A stretch of DNA of 64,000 nt from Squalus acanthias (taxonomy: Eukaryota), in NCBI GenBank assembly GCA_030390025.1, contig JASTWF010000033.1:2854001-2918000 (forward strand), in the 5' to 3' direction. The translations under genes and the position numbers were made by a program. This document shows positions 23,801 through 37,082 of the stretch, piece after piece. Each line of letters opens with the position of its first letter. The first letter of the stretch is position 1. The notes under the pieces were generated by a model, which saw only the letters and a program-made list of their open reading frames with translations, was not told the origin of the DNA and did not search any database.

Positions 23801-24770
23801 CAAACTCCCGGGTCTGGTCAGAACCCCGGGACCGGTCACCCCACCGGGAACGGTCAAACCCCCGGGACCGGTCACACCTCCGGGACCAGTCAAACCCCCG
23901 GGACTGGTCAATCCCCTGGGACTGGTCAAACCCCTGGGACTGGTCAAACCCCCGGGACTGGTAAAATCCCCCGGGACCGGTCACAGCCCCGGGACCGGTC
24001 AAACCCTCGGGACTGGTCAAAGCCCAGGGACCGGTCAAACCCCCGGGACTGGTCAAACCCCCGGGACTGGTCACACTCCTGGCACTGGTCACACCCCAGG
24101 GACTGGTCAAACCCCCGTGACGGGTCAAACTCCCGGGACTGGTCAAACACCCGGGATCGTTCAAACCCCCGGGACTGGTCAAACCCCCGGGACTGGTCAC
24201 ACTCCTGGCACTGGTCACACCCCAGGGACTGGTCAAACCCCCGTGACGGGTCAAACTCCCGGGACCGGTCAAACACCCGGGATCGTTCAAACCCCCGGGA
24301 CTGGTCAAACCCCCGTGACGGATCAAACTCCCGGTACCAGTCAAACCCCCGGTACTGGTGAAACCCCCGGGACCGGTGAAACCCCCGGGAGCAGTCAAAC
24401 CCCCGGTACCGGTCAAACCCCCGGGACCGGTCACACCCCTGGGACCGGTCAAAACCCCGGGACCAGTCAACCACCCGGAACCAGTCAAACCCCAGGACAA
24501 GTGAAATCCCCGGGACCGGTCTCACCCCTGGGACCGGTCACGCCCCCGGGACCAGTCAAACCCCTGGGACCGGTCAAACCCCCGGGACCGGTCAAACCCC
24601 CGGGACTGGTCAACCACCCGGAACCAGTCAGACCCCGGGACCAGTCAAACCCCTGGGACCGGTCAAACTCCTGGGACCGGTCAATCCCCCGGGACCAGTC
24701 AAAGTCCCGGAACCGTTCAAACCCCCGGGGATCGGTCACACCCCCCGGGACAGGTCAAATCCCCTGGTCC
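20900..24770. repeat. GC-rich 18-bp satellite (gggacyggtcaaaccccc)n, ~215 units
   Basis: Directly visible; generates the spurious PGTGQT / RDWSNP / GLVKPP ORFs. Confidence 0.97.
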
Positions 24771-25106
24771 ATGATCGGACACATCGCGGGATCAGAATCC
24801 CCATCCAACCCAGTTTCATCCATCCGACCTACCTGGTCCTGACCCAGAGTCCCCCCACCCCGTCCGACTCGAAGCCCGACTGTCAATCAGGCTGACTTCC
24901 GGGGTGGGGAACCAGTCAAGGAGAAAGGACGTATGCTGTGGAGTTAAGACACCCCAACGTCCGGGAATAGCTGGACTTCCTGGTATCCTGTCTGATATTC
25001 CACATACACCCCGTACCCTCCGGCTATCGTACATAACCCGCCTCTCTTAATATCCAGGCGGAAGTATATGAGCAAATGCAAAATACGGAGACTGCTTTAA
25101 TTCTGA

Positions 25107-27120
25107 TAAGAACATAAGAACATAAGAAATAGGAGCAGGAGTAGGCCATTTGGCCCTTCGAGATTGCTTCGCCATTCAATGAGATCATGTCTGATCTTCT
25201 GCCTCAATTCCATTCACCGGCCGTATCACCATATCCCTTGATGCCCTTACTAGTCAGAAATCTATCGACCTGTTTTGAATATACCCAATGACTGAGCATC
25301 CACAGCCCTCTGGGGTAGAGAATTCGAAAGATTTACCACCCTCTGTGTGAAGAACTTTCTTCTTATCCTTGTCCTGAATGGCCTACCCTTTATCCAAAGG
25401 CAGTGGCCCCCGGTTCTAGACTCCCCAGCCAAGGGAAACAATCTCCCAGCACCCACCCTATCAAGCCCTGTAATAATTTTGTATGCTTCAATGAGAACCC
25501 CTCTGATTCTTCTGAATTCAAGAGAATACAGGCCTAGTTTACTCAATCTCTTCTCATACGACAGATCCGTCATCCCAGGAATAAATCTGGTGAACCTTCG
25601 TTGCACTCCCTCTATGGCAAGTATATCCTTCCTTATGTAAGGAGACCACAATTGTACACAGTACTCCAGGTGTGGTCTCACCAAGGCCCTATAGAATTGG
25701 AGGAAGACTTCTTTACTCCTGTACGCAAGTATCCTCTTGTAATGAAGGCCAGCATACCATTTGCCTTCCTTGCTGCACCTGCACATTCACTTTCAGTGAG
25801 TCATGTACAAGGACACCCAGGTACCTTTGAGCATCTGCATTCCCCAATCTTTCACCATTTAGGAAATATTCTGCCTTTCCGTTTTTTCGACCAAAGTGGA
25901 TAACTTCACATTTATCCTCATTATAATCCATCTGCTATGTTCTCGCCCACTCACTGAGCCTGTCGACATCCCCTTGAAGCCTCTTCAGATCTTCTTCGAA
26001 ACTGACACTGCCACCTAGCTTTGTGTCATCAGTAAATTTGGAAATGTTACATTTAGTCACATCATCCAAATCATTGATATAGATTGTGAATAGCTGGGGC
26101 CCAAGTACCGGTCCTTGCGGTACCCCACTAGTCACAGCCTGCCATCCTGAAAAAGACTAATTTATCCCTACTCTGTTTCCTGTCTGTTAACCAATTCTCA
26201 ATCCATGCTAGTATATTACCCCCAATTACAAGTGCCCTAATTGATTTCACCAACCTCTTGTGTGGTACCTTATCGAAGGCCTTCTGAAAATCCAAATGCA
26301 CCACATCTACCGTTTCCCCTTTGTCTACTCCACTAGTTACATCCTCAAAGAACTCCAATAGGTTTGTCAAAGAGGCCTTCCCTTTCATAAATCCATGTTG
26401 ACTCTGCCCAATCTTACTATTAGTTTCTAAGTGCCCAGTTATTGCATCCTTTATAATAGATTCCAGCATTTTCCGAACGACTGATGTGAGACCATCAGGT
26501 CTGTAGTTCCCTTTTCTCTCTCCCTCCTTTCTTAAAAAGCGGGGTTACATTTGCTGTCCTCCAATCTGCAGGAACCATTCCAGAATGTATAGAATTTTGG
26601 AAGATGACAACCAATGCGTCCACTATCCCAATGGCCACCTCTTACAACACCCGAGGATGTAGGTCATCCGGTCCTTGAGATTTATCGACATTTAGTCCCA
26701 TTAATTTTGCTCGTACTGTTTTTTTTACTAATAATAATTTCATTATGATCTTCATTCTCGCCACACCCTTGGTTTTCTTGTATTTCTGGGAGTTTTTTTG
26801 TGTCTTCCTCCGTGAAGACAGAAACAAAGTATTTATCTAATTTCTCGGACATTTCCTCATTCCCCATTATAAATGATCCTATCTCTGAGTGTAAAGGACC
26901 TACATTTACCTTCACCAGTCTTTTCCTTTTCACATACCTATAGAAGCTTTTACAATCCGGTTTTAGATTTTTCGCTAATTTGTGCTCATATTCCATTTTC
27001 CCTTTCTTTATCCATTTCTTGGTCCCCCTTTGCTGATTTCTAAAATATCCCAATCCTCAGGCTGACTGTGTTTTCTGGCAACTTTATAAGCTTCCTCCTT
27101 TTACTTAATACTAGCTTTAA
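25107..27120 (-). mobile_element. 5'-truncated CR1 LINE
   Basis: RT motifs on minus; tail (taagaaca)n at 25107-25130. Confidence 0.92.
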
Positions 27121-27129
27121 TTTATTAAA

Positions 27130-28515
27130 AAAGACAATGCTGAAAACACTCAGCGGGTCAGGCAGCATCTGTGCAGAGAGAAACAGAGTTAACATTTCAG
27201 GTCCGTGACCTTTCATCAGAACTGGACGATTCCAGATATTATCAGTATTAAAGCAATGATAGAGTCACAGAAAAGTGCTTTAGCATAAGGATAGAAAAAA
27301 TAGGAATCTCTGTGATTGGTTGGAGGGCAGGAGTGATTCAATGACTAAAGGGATGATGGTGCAAGGCGAATGGGAGAATTAAAGAAACAGAAGATGGGTC
27401 TAGAGGAGGTGTAAATGGTTACAGCAGAATAACAAGGGGGAGGGGTAGTAGGGCACATGTGGCAGAGAAAGTTGGGTATACCCCAGGTTTTTGGGCCAGC
27501 CTGCTGGCCGTGTACCGGGATCGCCACCCCAAGCCCCAGCCCAAACCTCCTCCACTCCCAGTGGCTCTGGTGGAGCCATCCTCCATTACCAGCACAAGTC
27601 GTCCGAGAAAACGGGAGCGGAGGTTATGATCTGAAGTTTTTAAACTTAGTGTTGAATCCGGCAGGCAATAAAATGCCGAACCGAAAAATAAGGTGCTGTT
27701 CCTCATTGAGTTTAAAATGGGAACAGTGCAGGAGGCCGAGAACAGAGAGTTCAGAGTGGGAGTGGGATGTAGAATTAAAGTGGGAAGTGACCTGAAGCTC
27801 TGGATCACATTTGTGGACTGAACGGAGGCGTTCAGCAAAGCAATCACCCAATCTGTGCTTAGTCCATCCAATGTACAGGAGACTGGATCGTGGGCAGCGA
27901 GTATGATATATTAAATTGGTGGAAGTAAAAGTAAATTAGTCTTTCACGTGGATGGAATGTCTGGGGCCTTGGCTGGTGGGATGGAAAGATGGGAAAGGGC
28001 AGCTGTTGCATCTCCTGCGCTTGCATAGGAAGGTGCCGGGGAAGGGGAGCAGATGTTAGTGGTGATGGAAGAGTGGACCAGGGTGTTGCGAGGGCCGGGG
28101 GGATTGGAGTGCAGGGGAAGATATGTTTGTTGTTGGCCTTAGCTGGACATGATGGAAATGGCAGAGGATGATCCGTTGAATGTGAAGGCTGGTGCAGTGG
28201 AATCTCAGGACAAGGGATGATGGGAGCAATGCAGTTTGACACAGTCGAGGGCCCTGTCAGTCACAATGGAGGTGAGTACTCGGCTGAGGAAATATGAAGA
28301 CATTTCGGAAGCACTGGTGTGAAAGGTAGCATTGTCAGAACATATGCAACGGTGGCGGAAAAACTCTGAGAATAGAATATAGCCCTTCAAGGAAGTCGGG
28401 TGGGAGGAAGTCTACTCAAGATTCCTGTGGGAGTTGGTGGGATTATAGTAGATATTGGTGGATGGCCTAGACCCTGAAATGAAGATAGAGAAGTCGAGGA
28501 AGGGAATGGAAGATC
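27130..28515 (-). mobile_element. Penelope-like element fragment (GIY-YIG end plus 3' tail)
   Basis: LYIG..KHRLGDCFAERLRSVHK.DP.LQV.SHFNS is a GIY-YIG-type motif; tail carries the hammerhead core CTGATGAAAGGTCACGGACCTGAAA (~27195-27219). Confidence 0.8.
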
Positions 28516-28524
28516 ACTGTGGTT

Positions 28525-30320
28525 CACCATTTAAATGTTATTCCTGTATTTAAAATGGAAGAAAGAACAATTCCATGGATCTACAGACCAGTTAGCATAA
28601 CGTCGATGGTAGGAAAGTTAATGGAATCCTTACTCAAAGATGTAATAGAAAAACATCTAGAAACACAAAATATAATAACGAGTAGTCAGCAGGTTTTCCA
28701 AAAGGAAATCATAGAATGGTTATAGCACAGAAGGAGGCCATTCGGCCTGTCGAGCCCGTGCTCACTCTCTGCACATGCACTGCAGCTAATCCCAATCCCT
28801 GCCCTTTCACCGCAGCCCTGCAATTCTTTTCCTTCAGGTACATCTCCCATTTCCTTTTGAAAGTCACGATTGAATCTGCATGCACCACCCTTTCAGGCAG
28901 TGCATTACAGATCATAACCCAACGCTGCCTTAAAAAGTTTTTCCTCATGTCACCTTTGGATCTTCAGCACATCACCTAAAACCTGTGCCCTCTGTTTCTT
29001 GACCGTTCTACCAATGGGAACAGCTTCTCTCTATCTACTCTGTCTAGAACCCTCATGATTTTGATCACCTCTATCAAATCTCCGTTCAATCTTCTCTGCT
29101 CTACTGAGAACAACCCCAGCTTCTCGAGTATATCTACATAACTGAAGTCCCTCATACCTGGAAACATTCTTGTGAATCTTTTCTGCACCCTCTCTAAAGC
29201 CTTCATGCCCCTTCCTAAAGTGCGGTGCCCAGAATTGGACACAATACTCCAGTTGTGGCCGAACCAATGTTTCATAAATGTTTATCATAACTTCTTTGCT
29301 TTTGTACTCTATGCCTCTATTTATAAAGCTAAGATTCCAGTAAGCATTTTTAACCGCTTTCTCAACTTGCCCTGCCACCTTCAACGATTTTTGTACATGT
29401 ACCCCCGGGTCCATCTGTTCCTGCACCCCCTTTGGAATGTCTTGCTTGAGCAACCTTAGTGAATTATTTGAATAAGTATCAGAAAGATTAGATAAGGGTT
29501 ATGCAGGAGATATATTTGATTTTTTTAAGCCATTCGATAAGATACCACATAGCAGACTGAATCACAGAGCAAGTGGAGTTAGGAGACAAGCAGCAGAATG
29601 GATAGCAAGATGGCTGCAAGAACAGAAAATAGGGAATAGTGGATAAAGCTATTTACTCAGATAGGTGGATGGTGAGAAGCGATGTTCCACAAGGATCGGC
29701 GCTGCAATCATTGTTGTTCACCATTTACATATATTGAATCGGGAAGCAGAAGAACAAATTCAAAATTTGCAGATGAATCCAAATTGGAAGTACAGTTAAT
29801 ACAGAGGAAGAATGCAACACAATACCGGCAGACATTAATACACTTGCAGAAAGGGCGTTTAAATGGCAAATTAATTTCAATGTAGCTAAGTGAGAGGTAC
29901 TGCATTTTGCTAGGAAGAATAAGTTTCCCAAATACTCCTTGGAAATCAGAGTGGGAATCGGGTAGAGGGGCACCGATTAACAAATCATTTAAAGTAGCAA
30001 CGCATGTTAACATGACCATAAACATGGAAACAAAGCACTGGGGTTCATTTCTAGAAGAATAGAATCGTAAAGCAAAGAGGTTAGCTTAAACTTATATCGA
30101 ACCTTGGTTATACCACACTGAGCGCACTGTGTGCAGTTCTGATCTCCATATTACATAAAGGATATTAAGGCTCAGGAGAAAGTGTAATATTTTTACAAGG
30201 ATGACACCAGAACTGAGACATTATAACCATCAGGAAAGATTGAACAGGCTGGGGCTCCTTTCTTTACAAAAGAGAAGGCTGAGGGGTGGCCTAATAGAGG
30301 CCTTTAAATTTTGAAGGGGT
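28525..30320 (+). mobile_element. Old CR1 fragment (plus) with a nested younger CR1 3' fragment (minus, ~28707-29435)
   Basis: YRPVSITSMVGKLMES is interrupted at ~28707 and resumes at ~29440; the insert reads ETLVRPQLEYCVQFW on minus. Confidence 0.8.
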
Positions 30321-30925
30321 AACATCAATTTATTAATGCTATTATTTACTGCCCTCGGGACTGATATGTGTATTATGAAAACCTGATATACATGTTCCTC
30401 AGTTATGCATGTCTCTCCTCGCAGGGACACACCTCACTGAGCTAAGGCCAGAGATTGTTATGGTTACCTGTGCAGAGACTCTGAATCAGAGGTAACAACT
30501 GGTTCGTCAAACCTTAATCAGTTACAGAAGTGGAATAATCAATAACCACAGCCCAATATTCATCCTGTCTAATGAGAGGGAGGAATTGAATGAAATCAAT
30601 TGTAGGGATATTGACGGGATTTAAGGCCGATAAATCCCCAAGGCCTGATAAACTACATCTTAGGGTACTTAAGGAAGTGGCCGTAGAAATAGTAAGAACA
30701 TAAGAACATAAGAAATAGGAGCAGGAGTAGGCCAATTAGCCCCTCGAGCCTGCTCCGCCATTCAATAAGATCATAGCTGATCTGATCCTAACCGCCAATG
30801 TACTATCACAGAACCATCTCCTGAACCTAACAGAATTGGACACACGAAATAGGAGCAGGATCAGGCTACACGGCCCCTGTGCCCGCTACGCTACCCACAG
30901 GGCCATGACCGATCCGAACCTAGAC

Positions 30926-33900
30926 TCATGTCCAAATTCCTGCCCGCTCCCCGTAACCCTTAATTCCCTTTACTTCTTGGAAACAGTCTATTTCTGTTTT
31001 AAATTTATGTAATGATGTAGCTTCTACAGCAATTGGGGGCAGCATATTCCATGGACCTACCACCCTCTGAGTGAAGTAGTTCCTTCTCATCGCAGTTTTG
31101 AAAGAGCAGCCCCTTATTCTAAGACTATGCCACCTAGTTCTAGTTTCACCCATCATCGGGAATATCCTCCCCGCATCCACCCGATCCAACCCCTTCACAA
31201 TCTTATATGTTTCAATAAGATCGCCTCTCATTCTTCTGAACTCCAATGAGTAGAGTCCCAATCTACCCAACCTCGCCGCATATGTCCATCCCCTCATCCC
31301 CGGGATTAACCAAGTGAACCTTCTTTGTACTGACTCGAGAGCAAGTATGTCTTTTCCTAAGTATGGACACCAAAACTGTATGCAGTACTCCAGGTGCGGT
31401 CTCACCAATACCTTGTACAAGTGCAGCAATACCTCCCTATTTTTATATTCTATCCCCTTAGCAATGAAAGCCAACATTCCATTGGCCTTCTTAATCACTT
31501 GCTGCACCTGCATATTAACCTTTTGAGTTTCGTGCACCAGGACCTCCAGATCCCTTTGTACTTCAGTACTTTCCAGTTTCTTGCCATTTAGATAATAACT
31601 TGCTCTACTATTTTTCCTGCCAAAGTGCATAACCTCACACTTTCCAGTATTGTATTCCATCTGCCAAATCTCTGCCCACTTACTTAGCCTGTCTATGTAT
31701 CCTTGTAGGTTTTTTATGTCCTCCTCACTTTCTACTTTCCCTCCCATCTTAGTATCATCTGAAAACTTTGATATGTTGCACTCGGTCCCCTCCTCCTAAT
31801 CGTTAATATAGATTGTAGAAGAGTTGGGGACCCAGCACTGACCCCTGCGGAACACCACTGGCTACTGGTTGCCAGTCCGAGAATGAACCATTTATCCCAA
31901 CTCTCTGCCTTCTGTTAGATAAAATTGAGAGGTCGCACAAAACCAGGTTATAGTCCAACAGTTTTATTTGAAATCACAAGCTTTCGGAGCTATCGATTGC
32001 CCCTTCCTCAGGTGAAGTAAATTAGATACTGTTAGATTCTGTTAGATAGCCAATCCTCTATCCATGCCAGAATATTTCCCCCAATCCAGTGATTTTTTAT
32101 CTTAAGCAATAATCTTTTGTGTGGCACCTTGTCAAATGCCTTTAGGAAGTCTAAATACACCACATCCACTGGTTCCCCTTTATCCAGCCTGTGTGTTACT
32201 TCCTCAAAGAACTCCAGCAAATTTGTCAAACATGACTTCCCCTTCATAAAACCACGCTGACTTTGTCCTATTAAATTATGATTATCCAAATGTCCCGTTA
32301 CTGTCTCCTTAATAAGGGACTCCAAAATTTTACCTACCAGAGATGTTAGGCTAACCGGTCTATAGTTTCCAGCCTTCTGTCTACTGCCCTTTTTAAATAA
32401 GGGTGTTACATTAGCAGTTTTCCAGTCTGCCGGGATCTTTGCTGAGTCCAGGGAGTTTTGTAAAATTATTACCAATGCATCCACAATCCCTACCGCCACT
32501 TCCCTCAAGACCCTAGGATGTGAGCCATCAGGTCCAGGTGATTTATCCGCCTTGAGTCCCATTATTTTACCGAGTACCACTTCCTTAGTGATTTTGATCG
32601 TGTTTAGCTCCTCCCCCCCCCTATAGCCCCCTGTTTGTCCATTGTTGGGATATTCTTAGTGTGCTCTACTGTAAAGACTGATACAAAATATTCATTCAGT
32701 GTATTTGCCATCTCCATATTTCTCAACATTAATTTCCCGGTCTCATCCTCTAAGAGACCAACATTTACTTTAGCCACCCTTTTTCTTTTTATATAACTAT
32801 AAAAACTCTTACTATCTGTTTTTATATTTTTTGCTAATTTACTTTCATAATCTATCTTCCCTTTCTTAATCAATCTTTTTGTTATTTTTTGCTGTCTTTT
32901 AAAGATTTCCCAATCCTCTATCCCTCCACTAGATATGGCGACATTATTATAAGTCCTTGTTTTTAGTCGAATACTATCCTTAATTTCTTTACTTAGCCAC
33001 AGATGATTGTCTTTTCTTTTACACCCTTTTCTTCTCAGTGGAATATATATTTTTTGAAAGTTGTAAAATAACTCCTTAAATGTACACCACTTATCATGTA
33101 TCGTCTTACCCTTTAATCTATTTTCCCAATCCACTCTACTCAATTCCGCTCGCATACCTTCATAGTCTCCTTTATTCAAGCTTAGCACGCTTGTTTGAGA
33201 TCCGACCTTCTCACCCTCTAATTTAATATGGAATTCAACAATGTTATGGTCACTCATTCCAAGGGGATCCTTTACTACGAAATTTTTAATTTATCCCGTC
33301 TCGTTACTCAGGACCAGATGTAAGGTTGCTTGCCACCTGGTCGGTTCAGTTACATACTGCTCAAGGAACCCATCCCTAATACACTCAATGAACTCATCCT
33401 CAAGGCAGCCCTGCCCAATTTGATTTGTCCAATTAATATGATAGTTAAAATCCCCCATAATTATAGATGTTCCCTTATTACAAGCCTCAACTATTTCCTG
33501 ATTGATACTCTGTCCAACAGAGTTGCAACTATTCGGAGGCCTATAGACTAGGCCCACTAGTGTCTTTTTCCCCTTATTATTCCGTATCTCCACTCAAACT
33601 GTTTCATTATCCTGATCTTTTGACCCAATATCTCTTCTCTGTATTACAGTGATTCCTTCCTTTATTAATATAGCCACCCCACCTCCCCTTGCTTCCTGCC
33701 TGTCCTTCCTGATCGTTAAATAACCTGGTATGTTTAATTCCCAGGCATTGTCACCCTACAGCCATGTTTCTGTAATGGCCACAAGATCATACCCATATGT
33801 AGTTATTTGTGCCATTAACTCGTCTATTTTGTTGCGAATGCTACGTGCATTCAGATAGAGAACTTTCAAATATGTTTTGTGACACTTAGTTCCTGCTTTT

Positions 33901-34010
33901 GCCCTTTTTATTACATTACCTTTTACTGCATACCTTCTGCCCCTTCCTGACACACTCTGGTTTTTAATTTCCCCACTGCTACCTAAGTCTATGACCTTCT
34001 CTGTTGTCAT
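30926..34010 (-). pseudogene. CR1 ORF2 (AP endonuclease + reverse transcriptase), disrupted
   Basis: LYLNARSIRNK..AITETWL; YRPPN..MGDFN; SDHN; NYRPVSLTS; YLDFLKAFDKVPH; several stops, frameshifts and a ~100-bp insertion. Confidence 0.93.
31922..32021 (-). mobile_element. ~100-bp Penelope-type mini-insertion containing a minimal hammerhead ribozyme
   Basis: tcac-CTGAGGA-a-ggggc..gctcc-GAAA-gc-tt-gtga at 31974-32015; flanked by duplicated ttctgttagata (31910-31921 and 32037-32048). Confidence 0.8.
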
Positions 34011-34201
34011 TTTTATTATTTGCTCTCTCGGAACCTCCCCCCACTAGTTAGTTTTAAAGCCCTCTCTACAGCCCTTTTTATATGATCCGCCAGGACTCTA
34101 GTCCCAGCACTGGCCAAGTGAAGCCCGTCCCAACGGAACAGCTCCCTCCTCCCCCAGTACTGGTGCCAGTGTCCCAGGAAGCAAAACCCATTTCTCCCAC
34201 A

Positions 34202-35002
34202 TCAGTCTTTGAGCCACTCATTTAAATCTCTAATTTTATTTGTCCTAGCCAAATTCGCTCGTGGCTCAGGTAATAATCCAGAGATTATTACCCTTGAGGT
34301 TCTGTTTTTTAATTTGACCCCTAGCTGCTCATACTCCTTTAAAAGAACCGGCTTCCTTGTCCTATCTACGTCGTTTGTACCAACATGGACCACGACAACT
34401 GGATCCACCCCCTCCCACTGCAAGTTTCTTTCCAGCCCAGAGGAGATGTCCTTAACCCTGGCACCGGGCAGGCAACACAGCCTACGGGACTCTCGCTCTC
34501 GGCTGCAGAGAACTCTATCTATCCCCCTAATAATACTATCCCCTACCACTACAACATTTCGATTTACTCCCCCCTCTTGAATGGCCCCCCGTTCCACGGT
34601 GCTGTGGCCAGGTAGCTCATCCTCCCTGCCGTCCCTGCTCCCGTCCCCACAGGGAGTAAGAACCTCGAACCTGTTGGACAAGAGCAAGGACTGCGGCTCC
34701 TCCAACACTACCTCCTGGATCCCCGTACCTGCCTCATTCGTAGTCACACCGTCCTGTCCATGACCATGGGCTACATCTGAATGAATTAACTTCATAGGTG
34801 TGACCACCTCCTGAAACACAAAGTCCATGTACTTCTCCCCCTCCCTGATGTGTCGCAGTGTCTGAAGGTCAGATTCCAGCTCATCAACACGGAGCTGGAG
34901 TTCCTGTAGCAGCAGACACTTGTCACAGATGTAATCACCGTGAGCCTCAATGGGGTCCACCGGCTCCCACATCTTGCAACAGTAACACATCACCTGCTCC
35001 AT
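34202..35002 (-). pseudogene. CR1 ORF1 (Zn-finger/coiled coil + SGNH esterase-like domain), premature stop
   Basis: CYCCKMWE..ICDKC..LQLRVDELE; VVVGDSIIRG; CLPGARV; VVHVGTND. Confidence 0.9.
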
Positions 35003-35562
35003 TCTAAGTAATTAATTATTTTTTTATTCTTAGTTAAAGACACTCTCTGCCCCATTATAGCTGCTAGTATCCCCTCTAATTAATTGGATTTAATTAAATC
35101 AATCCCTCTAAATTACACCAGTTAAATGGTTTACCAACAGTCACTCTGCACCAGAAAGGCCTTATTAACTACAACCCAGAGTTAAAGTTTGAAAAGAGCA
35201 CCCTTCACCCCACTCACCCGAACTCACACTTACCCAAACTCAGCACTCTCTGCTGACTTGCACTCAGTGCTTGCTCTCACTAGCACTGGTCTTTTTCTAC
35301 TGTTTGTTTGTTTACAGCCAAATGAGTCACCCCTGCTGATTGATTAGAAAATTGGTTTCCACTGCCTGCTGTGCCAATTTACTCCTACCGCAGTGTAACC
35401 TTGTTTTACTCTTCTTAAACCAACAGAATCCCAAATAGTTAACTTTTCCCCTTCACTTAAACTGCTTAAGTACTCTTATCAAGAATGATTTAAAGAGAAC
35501 TAACAATTAAAGAACTACTCACACTTACCCAAACTCAGCACTCTCTGCTGACTTGCACTCAG

Positions 35563-37082
35563 CAGATGCATTGCTGGTCATCTTTCAAAATTCTATTGAT
35601 TCTGCAACAGTTCCCATGGATTGGAGCGTAGCAAATGTAACCCCACTATTTAAAAAAGGTGGTAGAGAAAAAACGGGGAACTATAGACCGGTAAGACTGA
35701 CATCGGTAGTGGGCAAAATGCTTGAGTCCATTATAAAAGATATAATAGCAGAGCACTTGGAAAACAGTGACAGGATCGGACAAAGTCAACATGGATTTAC
35801 AAAAGGGAAATCATGCCTGACTAATCTACTGGAATTTTTTGAGGATGTAACTGGTAGAATAGATAAGGGAGAAATAGTGGATATGGTGTATTCGGACTTT
35901 CAGAAGGCTTTCGATAAGGTCCCGCATAAGAGATTAGCGTGCAAAGTTAAAGCACATGGGATTGGGGATAAGTTACTGATTTGGATAGAAAACTGGTTGA
36001 CAGACAGGAAGCAAAGAGTTGGAATAAACGGGTCTTTTTCCGAGTGGTAGGCAGTGACTAGTGGGGTACCACAGGGATCGGTGCTAGGACCCCAGCTATT
36101 CACAATATATATTAATGATCTAGACGAGGGAACTAGATGTAATATCTCTAAGTTTGCAGACGACACAAAGCTGGGTGAGCCTGTGTGCTGTGAGGAGGAT
36201 GCAGATAAACTCCAGTATGATTTGGACAGGTTGGGTGATTGGGCAGCTGCATGGCAGATGCTGTATAACGTGGATAAATGCGAGGTTACCCACTTTGGTT
36301 GCAAAAACAGGAAGACAGATTATTATCTGAACGGCAATAGATTGGGAAAAGGGGAAGTGCAACGTTATCTGGGAGTCCTTGTGCACCAGTCGCTGATGGT
36401 AAGCATGCAGGTGCAGCAGGCGGATAAGAAGGCAAATGGTATGTTGGCCTTCATAGCGAGAGCACTCGAGTACAGGAGCAAGGATGTCTTGCTGCAGTTG
36501 TACAAGTTGGTGAGTCACACCTTGAGTATTGTGTGCAGTTTTGGTCGCTTTATCTGAGGAAGGATGTTCTTGCCATGGAGGGAGTGCAGCGAAGATTTAC
36601 CAGACTGATACCTGGGATGGCAGGAATGAAGTATGAAGAGAAATTGGGTCGATTAGGCTTATATTCGCTAGAGTTTCGAAGAATGAGAGGGGATCTCATT
36701 GAAACTTATAAAATTCTAACAGGACTAGACAGTCTAGATGCAGGAAGGATGTTCCCGATGGCGGGGGAGTCCAGACCAAGGGTCACAGTCTAAGCATATG
36801 GGGTAAGCCATTTAGAACTGAGATGAGGAGGAATTTCTTCACCCAGAGAGTGGTTAACATATGGAATTCTCTACCACATAAGGCAATTGAGGCCAATTCT
36901 TCAAACATATTCAAGAAGGAGTTAGATATATTTCTTAAGGCTAAAGGGATCAAGGGATATGGGGAGAAAGCAGGGACAGGGTACTAAATTTGGATGATCA
37001 GCCATGATCTCATTAAATGGCAGCGCAGGCTCGAGGGGCCGATTGGCCTACTCCTGCTCCTATCTTCGATGCTTCTATGTAA
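35563..37082 (+). mobile_element. CR1 LINE (host copy; its 5' part lies at ~30575-30692)
   Basis: LRVLKEVAVEI (to 30692) joins ADALLVIFQNS (from 35563); RT motifs and 3' tail. Confidence 0.9.

Larger units (their letters stand above)
19319..25060. mobile_element. Probable non-autonomous Harbinger-type element, inflated by a CR1 insertion and an internal satellite
   Basis: Left end TAA|gggctggattttaa; right end ttaatatccaggcg|gaa (11/14 inverted match, degenerate TAA target duplication). Confidence 0.5.
30693..35562 (-). mobile_element. Near full-length CR1 LINE (5'UTR, ORF1, ORF2, 3' tail), inactivated
   Basis: ORF1 and ORF2 fragments in order; tail (taagaaca)n at 30693; splits a plus-strand CR1. 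Confidence 0.93.

Noticed and set aside
20770..24842. Long ORFs up to 805 aa (PGTGQT, RDWSNP, GLVKPP repeats) resembling mucin or collagen-like proteins
   Set aside because: The 18-bp unit has almost no stops in any frame or strand; frequent indels switch frames; intronic satellite
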